Positions 39,155 through 50,929 of a stretch of DNA of 64,000 nucleotides are shown here, piece after piece. The DNA is from Mobula hypostoma (Eukaryota). The stretch's first letter is position 1. Each line of letters begins with the position of its first letter. The notes under the pieces are model-generated. The model was not told where the DNA came from. It did not search any database and saw nothing but the letters and a program-made list of their open reading frames with translations. The stretch covers positions 193,380,001-193,444,000 of the forward strand of contig NC_086097.1 in the NCBI RefSeq assembly GCF_963921235.1, written 5' to 3'. Position numbers and translations under genes: made by a program.

Positions 39155-39863
39155 ATGCAGGCTTATACTCCTTGGAAGCCCCAAAAAATGTGGATGATCA
39201 TGAATCAGGCCCCGAACAGGAAAATTGATCCCGAGGGATTTATCGATTATATGATTGGTACAATCCAAATGTTTCAGGCAACTCCCCAGGATCTTTTTAG
39301 CTTGTGCTGCATGGCTCTGACAACCAGTGAGCAGGAGAAATGGAGAGAAGCTATAGGGGATCATGCCAATTGGGAGTCCTTTTCCTCCGCAACCCCGCCC
39401 GCAGAACAGGTGGATAAAATAAAGAAGACTCTAAGGAAGGCTTTGCAGCGCCCCATAGATATCGCTAAGGTCCTCGAATGCCGCCCAAAGGCGGGAGAGG
39501 ACAGCTACGATTTTTGGGAATGCTTCTGCTTCCTTTATGCAACCTACAGTGGAGATGCCGCTTATAATGCCGGCAATGCCTCGCCCCAATTTAATTCGAT
39601 GATATTGCACTGTCTCCCCCAGGATGTGTCCAAAGCTATTAGGACTGATATGGACTGGCCCAATAGGAACAAGCAGGCCATGAAAAGCGCAGTTGAGCAT
39701 TTTCGGAATCACGGCAGGGATTCCAAGCCAACCAGAGTAAAGCATGAAACGGTGCAGCGCCCATCCTTGCCTCCGAGGAGGGAGTCGCACAATGTAGGAT
39801 ACCTCAGGTTCCGGCTGTGAGGGGATTCTGGATTACCCCTATTAACTGTGCTTTTGGGGGTGG

Positions 39864-39920
<57 letters not shown>

Positions 39921-40957
39921 GGACGAAGATTAACAGTTGGACTGTCACATAAGGCATTGGAAGTAACTTTGTATTTTTACTGAGTTGGGTTTTGGAGACA
40001 GCACCGAGCAGCTCGAAGGTTGCTATGGTGACCGAAGGCAGGTTGCTGATGTTACTTTCAAGAACTTGTTGCCTGCTTGCATTTCTTTGCAGACGAAGGA
40101 AGGAGAGACTCTTTGAATGACAGGTGATGCTCAGCCTGGTGAAATAAATAGGAGGTCAGATGATACAGACCTCAGACACATGAACTGGACACTGAATGAG
40201 CACTGTTGCTCCCGCAGAGAAAGTGGATTTTGGAGGATCGATCAGGCAGATCGATCCAAATTGCTATTCCAGTTTGAGGAGGAAGGGGTTGACTGGTGGG
40301 GAGTTGTCTATGAGTCCACCCTTACCGGGGTGGTAGCTCCACTACAGGAAAACCGGTCCCCCTGGTTAAAGTCACAGTCGGTGACTTGTGAAGGATTTCG
40401 GAGGACGACGAGAAGATCGACGGCAACAGCTCACCTGAAGATTCAACTCACTCTCTCTCTCCATCGCTATTCAACTACATACCACGAATTGAACTGAACT
40501 GAACTTTACCCAACATCGTAAGACTGTATCTTTTTACCCCTAGACTTAAAGAATCTTGGTTTTCATACATAGATTTCCACACTTACTGATTTACGTACTT
40601 ATATATATGATCATTGCTAACCTGTGTGATTTATCTACATTGATTTAAATGTATTGCGTAGTTACTAATAAATATTAGTAGTTTATAGCAATACAAGACT
40701 CCAAAGTGGTTTCTATTTCTGCTGGTTTCTTTATCCCCGTCACGGGGTACGTGACACGGCCCAGGGGCCACCCTGCACCAAGGGGCCGCCCCCAACCGAC
40801 CCAGCGGCCACCTGCCCTGACTAGCGTCCACCTTACAGGGTGTTGGGGGTGCGGAGCGGCTGATCATTGGCAGCGCGACTGCCCCCAACGCCAATAGCAA
40901 CCCCGACAGCTTGGCAGGCGCCAGCCCTTTACCGCTGGCAACCCCTTCTCCAGTTGA
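39155..40957 (+). pseudogene. ERV gag, split by a solo LTR (5' boundary uncertain)
   Basis: YTPW capsid start, KVLECRPKAGEDSYDF major-homology-like region; CWGCGAADHWQRDC knuckle; frame restored when 39816-40760 is removed. Confidence 0.85.
39816..40756 (+). mobile_element. Solo LTR related to the Gmr1-like LTRs
   Basis: TGTGA...TGACA; 4-bp TSD CGGC; shares GAACTGAACT, ACCCCTAGAC and ACGGGGTACGT blocks with LTR 5638-6525. Confidence 0.9.
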
Positions 40958-43645
40958 CTAGCCGGTGAAAATAGGAATGTAAGAGGAGGGCAGCGACTAT
41001 TCCCTGCCTTCACAGGCCACCCAGCGGAGGAACCGATTACCAGCCTTTCCGTAGAAGGTCAGCTCATACCCTTTATGATAGACACCGGCGCCACTACATC
41101 GACCCTAGAGGCTTCTTGTGTTACCCAGAAAAGCTTTGCCCTGTCCGAGTTTTCGATAACACTCACTGGCCTGATAGGACAGGAAAAATCCTACCCCCTC
41201 ACCATTCCACTGCAGGTAGCTTACCAGGGACGGCAGGACATAATACAATTTGCTATGACCCTGGACACAGGGGTCAATCTAGCCGGGAGGGATCTCTTAT
41301 GTGCCCTGACAAGATATTTGAGTCCTCTGGCTTCCAGTGCGCTTAAGGGGCCTCTAGAGCTAACTGAGCAACGGAAAGAAGCCTTTAAGGAATTGAAAAA
41401 ATCTCTCTCGAGAGCGCCTGCTCTCGGCCGCGCACTCTACGACCGTCCGTTCCAGCTTTTTGTGAATGTTTTAGATGGCTGCGCCACCGCAGTGCTCACT
41501 CAGACTCATGGGGATGGACGCAGGCCTGTTGCCTATTATTCCACTAAGTTAGACCCCGTAGCGCAGGGAATACCCCCCCCCCCGGCCATTTACTCCCTAG
41601 TTACGGCTGCTTCCAACATCACCCTCCAACAGCCAGTTACAGTGTATTCTTCCGATACCATTGTAGCTCTGCTGACCACCCACCAAACCCAACATCTTAC
41701 TCAGGCCAGACTAAGCCGTTATGAGATAGCATTGCTTAATAACCCACTTCTCACCTTTGCATACTGTGATACCATCAACCCCGCTACATTTTTAGAGACG
41801 GCACCTGTTGAGTTGACTGAGCCTCCTCGTGACTGTCTGCTACGGAACCATTTCCTCACCTCACCGCGCCCAGACCTCTCAAATGCAGCTATTCTAGGGG
41901 CACAGCTCACTCTGTACCTGGATGGCAGTTCCACAGTCTCTGAGACGGGAGCGCCCCTGCGGCTACGCCGTTGTCGACGACGTCCGCAATCTCGAAAGTG
42001 GCGCTCTCCAGCCCCAAGTTTCTGTCCAAAGGGCAGAACTTTTTGCTCTCACATGCACCTGTATTTTAGCCAAGGACAAAAAGGCCAATGTTCATACAGT
42101 TTCCCGTTACGCATTTGGGGTGGCCCATGACTTTGGACAGCTCTGGGCACAACGAGGGTTTCTCACCTCCGGAAGCCCCATCCAGAATGCCAGGAACCTC
42201 CTCCAGGCCATACTCCTCCCCAAAAAATTAGCCATTATTAAATGTTCGGCTCATCTAAAAGACGAATCTGCAGTAACTAAAGGGAATAACAGGGCCCATT
42301 TGGCAGCCAAGCAGGCTGCGCAGGAGGCAAAGGCTATGGTTTTAACTGCAGAGTGATTGGCCTTCACCCTGACTAAAACACCACGAGCACCGGGCACTCC
42401 AAACAGGGCTACAGTTCAAAAACTCCAGGGGGACGCCCCTGATTCAGAAAAGCAACTTTGGAAGACACACGTATGTACGCATTCGGTGCCCACAGGCCTC
42501 TGGCACACCGCAGTTGGCCAAGTTTGTATTCCTGATGCATTGCTGTCTATGTTGCTCGATTGCTTGCATAGGGACACCCAGCTTGGCAAGGGGGGAATGA
42601 GTAATATTTTACTCCACACATGGTGGCACCCCAGGCTGGAGGAGGCTGCTGCAGCAAAAATACAAGCCCGTTTGATTTGCCAAAAGACAAACGCAGGAAA
42701 GGGAGTAAAGTGTGCCCCAGGGGAAAACCCCTTGCCAAGTGGCCCTTCTGAATATATTCAGCTTGATTTTATCGAACTACCGCACGTACACTGTTACAAT
42801 AAGCATTGCTTAGTGATTGTAGATATGTTCAGTAAATGGATTGAAGCCTTTCCGATCACCAATAATAAAACTTCTACGGTGGTAAGGCTGTTACTTACAG
42901 AGATTATACCAAGATTCGGAGTGCCCAGATAAGTAAGTTCGGGTAATAGCCCTCACTTCGTGGGAAATATAAATGAAGAATATGTGAGGTGCTGCGCATC
43001 GAACAGCAGTTTCATTCTGCTTACCACCCGAAGGCTGTAGGAATAGTGGAACGGGCCAATGGCACCCTGAAACATAAGCTGTCTAAGTTAATGTCCGAAA
43101 CTGGACTGAGTTGGCTGAAGGTCCTTTCGCTGGCTTTATACCATATGAGAATTACCCCACATTCCACTACAGGGGTATCTGCAGCTGAAATCGTTTATGG
43201 GCGTCCTGGAAGGACCCCATGGGACGCTGACATGCAGCCTCCCACCCAAGTTGATCTAAATGTCACGGGGAATGAATTGCAGAAATACTTTCGCCAACTA
43301 ACATCCTCTCTAAAGTTTCTTCACTCCCAGGTACCTGGAGACTGGAGGTCAGGGAACGGAGTGGCCGGAGTTGAAAATTGGAGATTCGGTACTGAAACAA
43401 CAGGAATTCTGCAGATGCTGGAAATTCAAGCAACACACATAAAAGTTGCTGGTGAACGCAGCAGGCCAGGCAGCATCTCTAGGAAGAGGTGCAGTCGACG
43501 TTTCAGGCCGAGACTGATCAGGGATTGGGAGCGTTCCAGGCTTGGATCCCGGTGGAAAGGGCCATTCCAGATACTACTGCGAACACCGACGGCCGTTAAG
43601 GTTCGAGGGCACAGCCGCTGGATCCACCTAAGTGATTACAAATGA
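40958..43645 (+). pseudogene. ERV pro-pol: protease, RT connection, RNase H, integrase; RT polymerase core absent
   Basis: IDTGA/GRDLL; RPVAYYSTKLDPVAQG; YLDGSS..AEL; IQLDF..VDMFSKWIEAFP..IPRFG..VERANGTLK; RWKGPF. Confidence 0.9.
43396..43512 (-). mobile_element. Mini Penelope-like 3' end inserted in the integrase
   Basis: TSD ACTGA (43391-43395, 43513-43517); near-identical to reverse of 52205-52331. Confidence 0.8.
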
Positions 43646-44916
43646 TGGGCTTCGCAGGTGGACTAATGACTATTATTAGACTTTTCATTGTTATAAGTGC
43701 CCCCACGGTATTAAGCCTGGAGGACAATTTACTTTATAAGACTCATAAGCGTCTGCATGGTAACCGTACTGCATGTTATCCTTTGGTACAATCTGTAGAA
43801 GTTTGTTGCTTACCCATCAGGGCTAAATTGGGCGGAACATGACTTAATAATGGAGGATAAGTCAGGGGCAGAATGTAAGGGGAAGGTTTAAAGGGGGGGG
43901 GCCAGGGGAAAGTGTCTTAAGAGAGTGGGTGGCGAGACTACTGTCGAGGGCATCGGGGATTATCCCTTCTGTTTTGCGGGAGAAGGGGAGGGGTGCGTCC
44001 TTGTCAGGGTTCCCCTGGAGTTACCTTGCCTGAAGAGATATTGTCCGGACCGCCGATGTCGAATAAACCAGGGAATATTCTCTTGCGAATATATGCACGA
44101 ACAATGCGTGCCCCTCTTTAAGGGAATTCAGTATGTATGTGGATATTGCAATGGGACTCATGTGTCGGCAGGTTCAGGGACTTTTGAATACTCCTCCCGG
44201 TATCCACAGGAGCACTTGTGGTATGATAAAATAGTGAGTTACAAAAATACCTGTTACCGGGCCAAGACAGGATATGTGTTATTGTTCAACGGTACCTATA
44301 CTATGGCTACCACCACTCTGCCTACCCTCCTTGCAGTAGGAACGATTGGACCACTTTCTGTTCCCTGCCCCCAGATTGCCCACGTTCGACGGTGACTGAC
44401 AGCTCGAGCTGTGAGTAAGGAATTCTGTGCTGGCTGGAGGAGTCCTGTTGCTCTGGGCTATGGGTTTCTGAGCACTCTCTCTCTCTAGGGGGTTCGGCAG
44501 GAACGATTGCTACGAAGAACCGCAACTACCTCATTTGTGGGCCGGCGGCATTGGGAAACAGTACGGTGAAAGGCCTGGAGGCTGTTAACAGAGAATTGGT
44601 GGAGTTGCGACTCTACGCACAGCAGACCAGGTATGCTGTGGATTATCAATTGGCCCAACAGGGAGGGGTATGTGCCGTAGTCGGAGACAAATGTATCACC
44701 CATGTTACTGACGAATCATACAATGTGACACATGCCATTCAGTCTATTAAGAAACAATTGGATGATTTCAGGCAAGGTTCAGGGAAGAGGGATTGCTGGT
44801 TAGGATGGTTGCAGGGAGGATCATGGGGGTCTTATTTACTGCATGGGCTGATTATTCTCATTGTTATAATTATTGCTTGCTGTGTGACAATGACCTGCCC
44901 AAATGCTGGCTGCTGA
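43642..44916 (+). pseudogene. ERV env (frameshifted)
   Basis: Hydrophobic leader, Cys-rich SU, HVRR cleavage-like site, immunosuppressive-like QTRYAVDYQLAQQGGVC, transmembrane helix. Confidence 0.88.
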
Positions 44917-45113
44917 TTTTTCACGGAAAGATTGATGATGCCCTTTTCGTCCCCCGTTTGATTGGTTATCATGGTATGATAAAAGGGGGGAATGATGGAG
45001 TGAAGGGACAGGTAACTTGGGGTATAGACTAAGAACAATGATTAACTAATGATCAATCACCTTGTGGGTGCCTTAGTTTACTGTTTTGGACAGTCAAAAA
45101 GAAGTTTTACCCA

Positions 45114-48100
45114 CCTAAGTGGAGAGAAGGAGGATGAAAGGAGACATGATAGAGGTGTACAAGATAATAAGAGGAATAGCTAGAGTGGATAGCCAGCACC
45201 TCTTCCCCTGGGCACCACTGCTCAATACAAGAGGACATAGCTTTAAGGTAAGGGGTGGGAAGTTCAAGGAGGATATTACAGGAAGGTTTTTTTACTCAGA
45301 GAGTTGTTGGTGTGTGAAATGCACTGCCTGAGTCAGTGGTGGAGGCAGATACACTAGTGAAGTTTAAGAGACTACTAGACTGGTATATGGAGGAATTTAA
45401 GGTGGGGGGTTAGATGGGAGGCAGGGTTTGAGGGTCGGCACAACATTGTGGGCCGAAGGCCCTGTACCGTGCTGTACTATTCTATGTTCTATAGTGGTCG
45501 GGTCTCTGACACTGAGGTCTGGATCTGCAACTCAGAAGAGAAGGGTAGAGAACTGACATGTTACAGTGAAATGGGATTCATTAGGGGAATGGACAGGAGG
45601 TTCTGTGGGCTAGAACAAGAGTCCCAGTTGGTATGTTGCCTCTCGCATCTGGATCGATCCTTGGCATTCTTAAGTGGGAAGGTGAACAGCCAGAAGTCAT
45701 GGCCTATGCAGGTACCAATGATATGGGTGGTTAGAAAGTTCTGCATAGGGAGTTCAGGGACTTAAGTGCTAAGTTAAAGAGCAGGACCTCAAGGTTTGTG
45801 ATCTCGGGCTACGTCGACACTAGACTGGATAATTTTTAAAACGCCGGTTTCGCGTAAAAACGATAGATGTCCACACCAGGCGTTTTGAAAATTCCTCCAT
45901 CCACATTAAAATAGGTATTTGGGCGAATCTACTACTGGGCATGCGCAGGACACATCTACAGAAAACAAGCGAAGAGGATATGGTATACTTGGTGCGTGTT
46001 TGTCCAGTTACAGGCTGGAAAAACTTAAAAGGAAATTGCCAAACGATGGACAGCTGTTGGCTCTCGTGCAGGAGGACTTAAAACTAAAAAAAATACTAGA
46101 GCGTATGGAGGCAAGCGACAAGGAGTTTACGGATAGTATGACCTGGCTGACGACGAACATTGAAAACTGACTAACTCTGTTGCAGAGGGATTTACAATGA
46201 TGGCTCCCCCCCCCAGTACTTTTCACCGCTACAACACCGTCCTCACAGCCACTACAATAGCTACACATACGTACACACAGACCCCCGGGTGGCCCCACCA
46301 ACATCTTCCCCACTCCCACAGAGGGGTCACCCTGGAAACATTTCCTACAGCCATAGTCTCTTCACCGATGAAAGGGATGACAGTTGCAACTAAATGCAAT
46401 AAGGCTTGTTACTGGGCAAAAGTGAAATTTGCTGTTACCTCATTTGTTTGCCTTTACCTTTGCCATGTCTTTCTGTATTATTTTGCTGTATTTAACATGT
46501 GCAATAAAATGAGTTACTGGGCAAAAGTGATTTTATTTTTACCTGAGTAAAAGCAAAACTTACAATTTTCCTTTTTTGGCCTTAACATTTTCACCTCTAT
46601 GCCAAACATAAGCTACTAGTTAAAAATAACATTTTGAAAGTAGTGCCAATTGCATCTATTGAATGTTTGCACAAGCAATACATTAATAAATCACCTTGTT
46701 AAATGTATAAAACATGTCTGCATCAGTGTTATCTTGTATTTCCATACAATGTTACATTAGGCTGTTACACATCTGTTGTCAGATATTGTTGTGGTGTTGG
46801 AAGTTGCGTTCAAGAAAACAATGAAATGCTGCGCCGCCGGCACGTCATGACAGCGTTTTTAAAAAGAGCCGGTTACCCCTGTACACACTACACCAGCCGT
46901 TAGGCGTTTTCAGATTTATTCACTCAGGAGAGCGTTTCTGAAAAGCTTTGTTTCGGGGGAGGAAAACGCCATTTCAATGTGGACGGAGGGTCAAAACGAA
47001 GAGAGAAAGCTTTGGTTATGGATTTATCCGGTCTAGTGTGGACGTAGCCTCAGGATTGCTATCCATACCATGTGCTAGTGAGGCGAGAACTAGGAAGATT
47101 ATACAGTTTAAAAAGTGGGTAAGGAGTTGGTGTAGGGGGGAGGGCATAAGATTTTTGGATCATTGGGCTCTCTTCAAGGTGGGGGTGGGTAGTCTTCATT
47201 GGAAAAGAACACTGGCAGGGATGATGGCAAAGGAACACTGGCAGAAATTTCTGGAAACAATTAGGAAGGCATAGGATATATACATCCCAAAGAGGAAGAA
47301 GGCAAGATGATACAACCATGGCTATCAAGAGGAGTCAAACCCAACATAAAAACCAAAGAGAGGGCATATTATAGAGCAAAAATTAGTGGTAAGTTAGCGG
47401 ATTGGGCAGCTTTTAAAAACCAACAGAAGCAACTAAAAAAGTCATTAAAATATAAAGATGAAATACAAAAGTAAGCTAGCTAGTAATATTAAGAGGATAC
47501 CAAAAGTTTCTTCTCTTACATAATGTGTAAAAGAGAGGTGAGAACGGATATCAGAACCCTGGAAAATGATGCTGGAGAGGTAGTAATGGGGGACAATGAA
47601 ATGGTAGATGGACTGAATAAGTATTTTGTATCATTCTTCACAGTGGAAGACACTAGCAGTATGGTGGAAGTCCTAGATGTCAGGGGTCATAACGTGTGTG
47701 AAGTTACCTTAACTAGAGAGAAGATTCTTGAGAAGCTGAAAGGTCTGAAGGTAGATAAGACACCTGGACCGGATGGTGTACACCCCAGAGTTCTGAAAGA
47801 GGTGACTGAAGAGGTTGTGGAAGTATTAGTAATGATCTTTTAAGAGTCAATAGATTCTGCAATGGTTCTGAAGGACTGGAAATTGCAGATGTAGCTCCAC
47901 TCTTCTAGAAGGGAGAGAGGCAGAAGGAAACCCTAGGCCAGTTATTCTGACCTCAGTGGTTGGGAAGATGTTGGAGTTGATTATTAAGGATGAGGTCTCA
48001 GGGTACTTGGAGGCACATGATAAAATAGGCTGTAGTCAGCATGGTTTCCTCAATGGAAAATCTTGTCTGATAAATCTGTTGAAATTCTTTGAAGAAATAA

Positions 48101-49275
48101 CACACAGGACAGACAGAGGAGAATTGGTTGATGTTGTGAACTTGGATTTTCAGAAGGTGAAAATCTGACATGGTGCCACACATGAGGCTGCTTAACAAGC
48201 CACAAGCAACAAGTCATGAGCCCATGGCATTACAAGAAAGACTCTAGCATGGATAAAGCAGTGAGTGATTGGCAGGAGGCAAAAATGGGGAATAAAGGGA
48301 GCCTTTTCTGGTTGGTTGGTTGGTTGCTGGTGACTGTGTTGTGACAGATTCTTTTTACGTTATATGTCAATAATTTGGATGATGATGAAGATAGGTGGAA
48401 GGGCAGGTAGTTTTGAGGAAGTAGAGAGGCTACAGAAACACTTAGACAGATTAGGAGAATGGGCAAACAAATGATAGATGGAATACAGTGTTGGGAAGTG
48501 TATGGCCATGCACTTTGATAGAAGAAATAAAAGTGTTGACTACTTTCTAAATGGAGACAAAATACAAAAAACAGCTGAGGCACAAAGGGACTTGGGAGTC
48601 CTCATGCAGGATTCCCTGAAGGCTAATTTGCAGGCTGAGTCTGTGGTGAGGAAAGCAAATGCGATGTTAGCCTTCATTTCAAGAAAACTAAAATATAAAA
48701 GCAAGGATGTAATGTTGAGACTTTATAAAGCACTGGTGATGCTTCACTTGTGAGTGGTTTTGGGCCCCTAATTTTAGAATGGTTCAAAGGAGGTTCATGA
48801 AAATGATTTCAGGATTGAATGGCTTGTCGTATTAAGAGCATTTGATGTCTCTGGGCCTATATTCACTAGAATTCAGAAGAATGAGGGTTGACCTCATGAA
48901 ACCAATCGAATGGTGAAAGGTCTTGATAGAGTGGATATGGAGAGAATGTTTCCTCTGATGGGACAGTCTAAGACCACAGGACACCACCTTAGAATAGAGG
49001 GACATTCTTTTAAAATAGAGATGAAGGGAATTTCTTTAGCTAGAAAATGCTGAATCTGTGGAATTCTTTGCCACAAGCAGCTGTGGAGGCCAAGTCTTTA
49101 TGTATATTTAAGGCAAAAGTTGATAGATTCTTGATTAGTCAGGGTACGAAGGGATACAGGGAGAACGCAGGAGATTTGGGCTGAGAGGAAAATTGCATCA
49201 GCCATGATGAAATAGCGGAGCAGACACCATGGAACAAATGGCCTAATTCTGGTCCTATATCTTATAGTCTAAAAT
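45114..49275 (+). mobile_element. CR1-like LINE fragments (3' end, then a long degenerate copy hosting a Harbinger element)
   Basis: RRRMKGDMIEVYK; KTPGPDGVHPRVLKE; QHGF.NGKSCLINL. Confidence 0.8.
45807..47049 (+). mobile_element. Non-autonomous PIF/Harbinger element
   Basis: 26-bp TIRs GGCTACGTC(G/C)ACACTAGAC(T/C)GGATAA; 3-bp TSD TCG/TCA; coiled-coil ORF remnant 45919-46170. Confidence 0.82.
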
Positions 49276-49277
49276 AA

Positions 49278-49955
49278 GATCATAAGACTATAAGACCATA
49301 AGACAAAGGAGCAGAAGTCATCCATTTGGCCCATCGAGTCTGCTCTGCCACTTTATCATGAGCTGATCCATTCTCCCATTTAGACCCACTCCCCCACCTT
49401 CTCACCATAACCTTTGATGCCCTGGCTACTCAGATACCTATCAATCTCTGCCTTAAATACACTCAATGACTTGGCCTCCACTGCCACCCGTGGCAACAAA
49501 TTCCATAGATTCACCACCCTCTGGCTAAAAAAGTTTCTTTGCATCTCTGTTCTGAATAGGCACCCTTCAATCCTTAAGTCATGCCCTCTCGTACTAGACT
49601 CCCCCATCATGGGAAACAACTTTGCCACATCCACTCTGACCATGCCTTTCAACATTCAAAATGTTTCTATGAGGTCCCCCCTCATTCTTCAAAACTCCAA
49701 GGAATACAGTCCAAGAGCGGACAAATGTTCATCGTATGTTAACCCTCTCATTCCCGGAATCATTCTAGTGAATCTTCTCTGTACCCTCTCCAAAGTCAAC
49801 ACATCCTTTCTTAAATAAGGAGACCAAAACTGCTCACAGTACTCCAAATGAGGTCTTACCAGCACCTTATAGAGCCTCAACATCACACCTCTGCTCCTAT
49901 ACTCTATTCTCTACAAATGAATGCCAACATTGCATTTGCCTTCTTCACCACTGAC
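49278..49955 (-). mobile_element. CR1-like LINE 3' fragment with (TAAGACCA)n tail
   Basis: LVRPHLEYCEQFWSPYLRKD; tandem tail. Confidence 0.85.
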
Positions 49956-50184
49956 TTGCAGCTGAGGTTCCACAAGGTTCAGTACATTGTTCCTTCATTC
50001 CAACTTTATACTTTGAAAATATAGATACAATAAAGTTTGCTTATATACAAAAGTAGGCCTTATGACCAACAGTGAAGAGGAAAGCTTTTAATTGCAAGAA
50101 TTTACAGATGGTTTGTTTTTGCTTGCCATTTAAATGAGAAATGGAATTCAACTAGAGAAATGTAAGGTTCTATCAAGAGAATTT

Positions 50185-50925
50185 GGTGGATTCAAGTTAA
50201 TTGGGCCATCAGTTAATGGGTACAGACACATATTTGGGATAACTCTTAAACAACAACTAATCGAGAAAATAGCCGGGATTCCCTTCATTTATTTCAGACA
50301 CCATGCCACTTAATTGGGACAGGACATTGTTGCTGAACACTTTCTAACCAACATCAATTGCGTGCATTTGTGTGTCCTTTAGATGCTGCACCCTGCTTAG
50401 AGCGAACTGATTTTAAATAGTGTCAGCTGCGCCTGTTCGTGTTCAAAAAGCAGTGATTTTTGTCACTGGTATTTAGTGAGAAATAAGTAGTAAGATAATT
50501 CAGAAAGGTTTTGCGCACTGTGGTTTCAAACATTCAGGCTTGGAGATGCGAGTAACGGCCAGGAGTGAAAATGAAAGGATTTCAGTACTTCAGCAAGTTA
50601 GGAGCTACAGAGAGTCTGAAGGTATCGACAATCACCTTGAATGTTACAATGAAAATGAAGATTTTGAGGATGGAGTCATCAAAAACATTGTATGAAGACA
50701 GTCCATTTTCTCCATGAGGTGTTTGTGCTAATTTTGTTCATTTACAGTCAATCAAAAGAGCACAGCAGTGTACATTGGATGAATTCCTGCATTGATAACT
50801 ATTATGAACTAATGCACATTTTAGTAGTTCTGTAGTAGTATTAATAATGTTCTAATTTGTTCTGTATTTCATTATAATATATAATTCTTTACTCAGCTAA
50901 CATTAGTTTGTCTTTTTTTATACCT
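50185..50925 (+). mobile_element. Tc1/pogo-like MITE, uninterrupted paralogue of 29190-30401
   Basis: Direct similarity; single TAAGATAATTCAGAAA at the site that is duplicated in the other copy. Confidence 0.65.
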
Positions 50926-50929
50926 GGTG

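Larger units (their letters stand above)
37796..45113 (+). mobile_element. Endogenous retrovirus (class I, gamma/epsilon-like), defective
   Basis: 5' LTR 37796-38400, tRNA-Arg-like PBS, gag-pro-pol-env, PPT AAAAGGGGGGAA 44981-44992, truncated 3' LTR 44993-45113. Confidence 0.92.

Noticed and set aside
42989..43645. Apparently extended integrase C-terminus
   Set aside because: Extra residues come from the mini-Penelope insertion read through by chance
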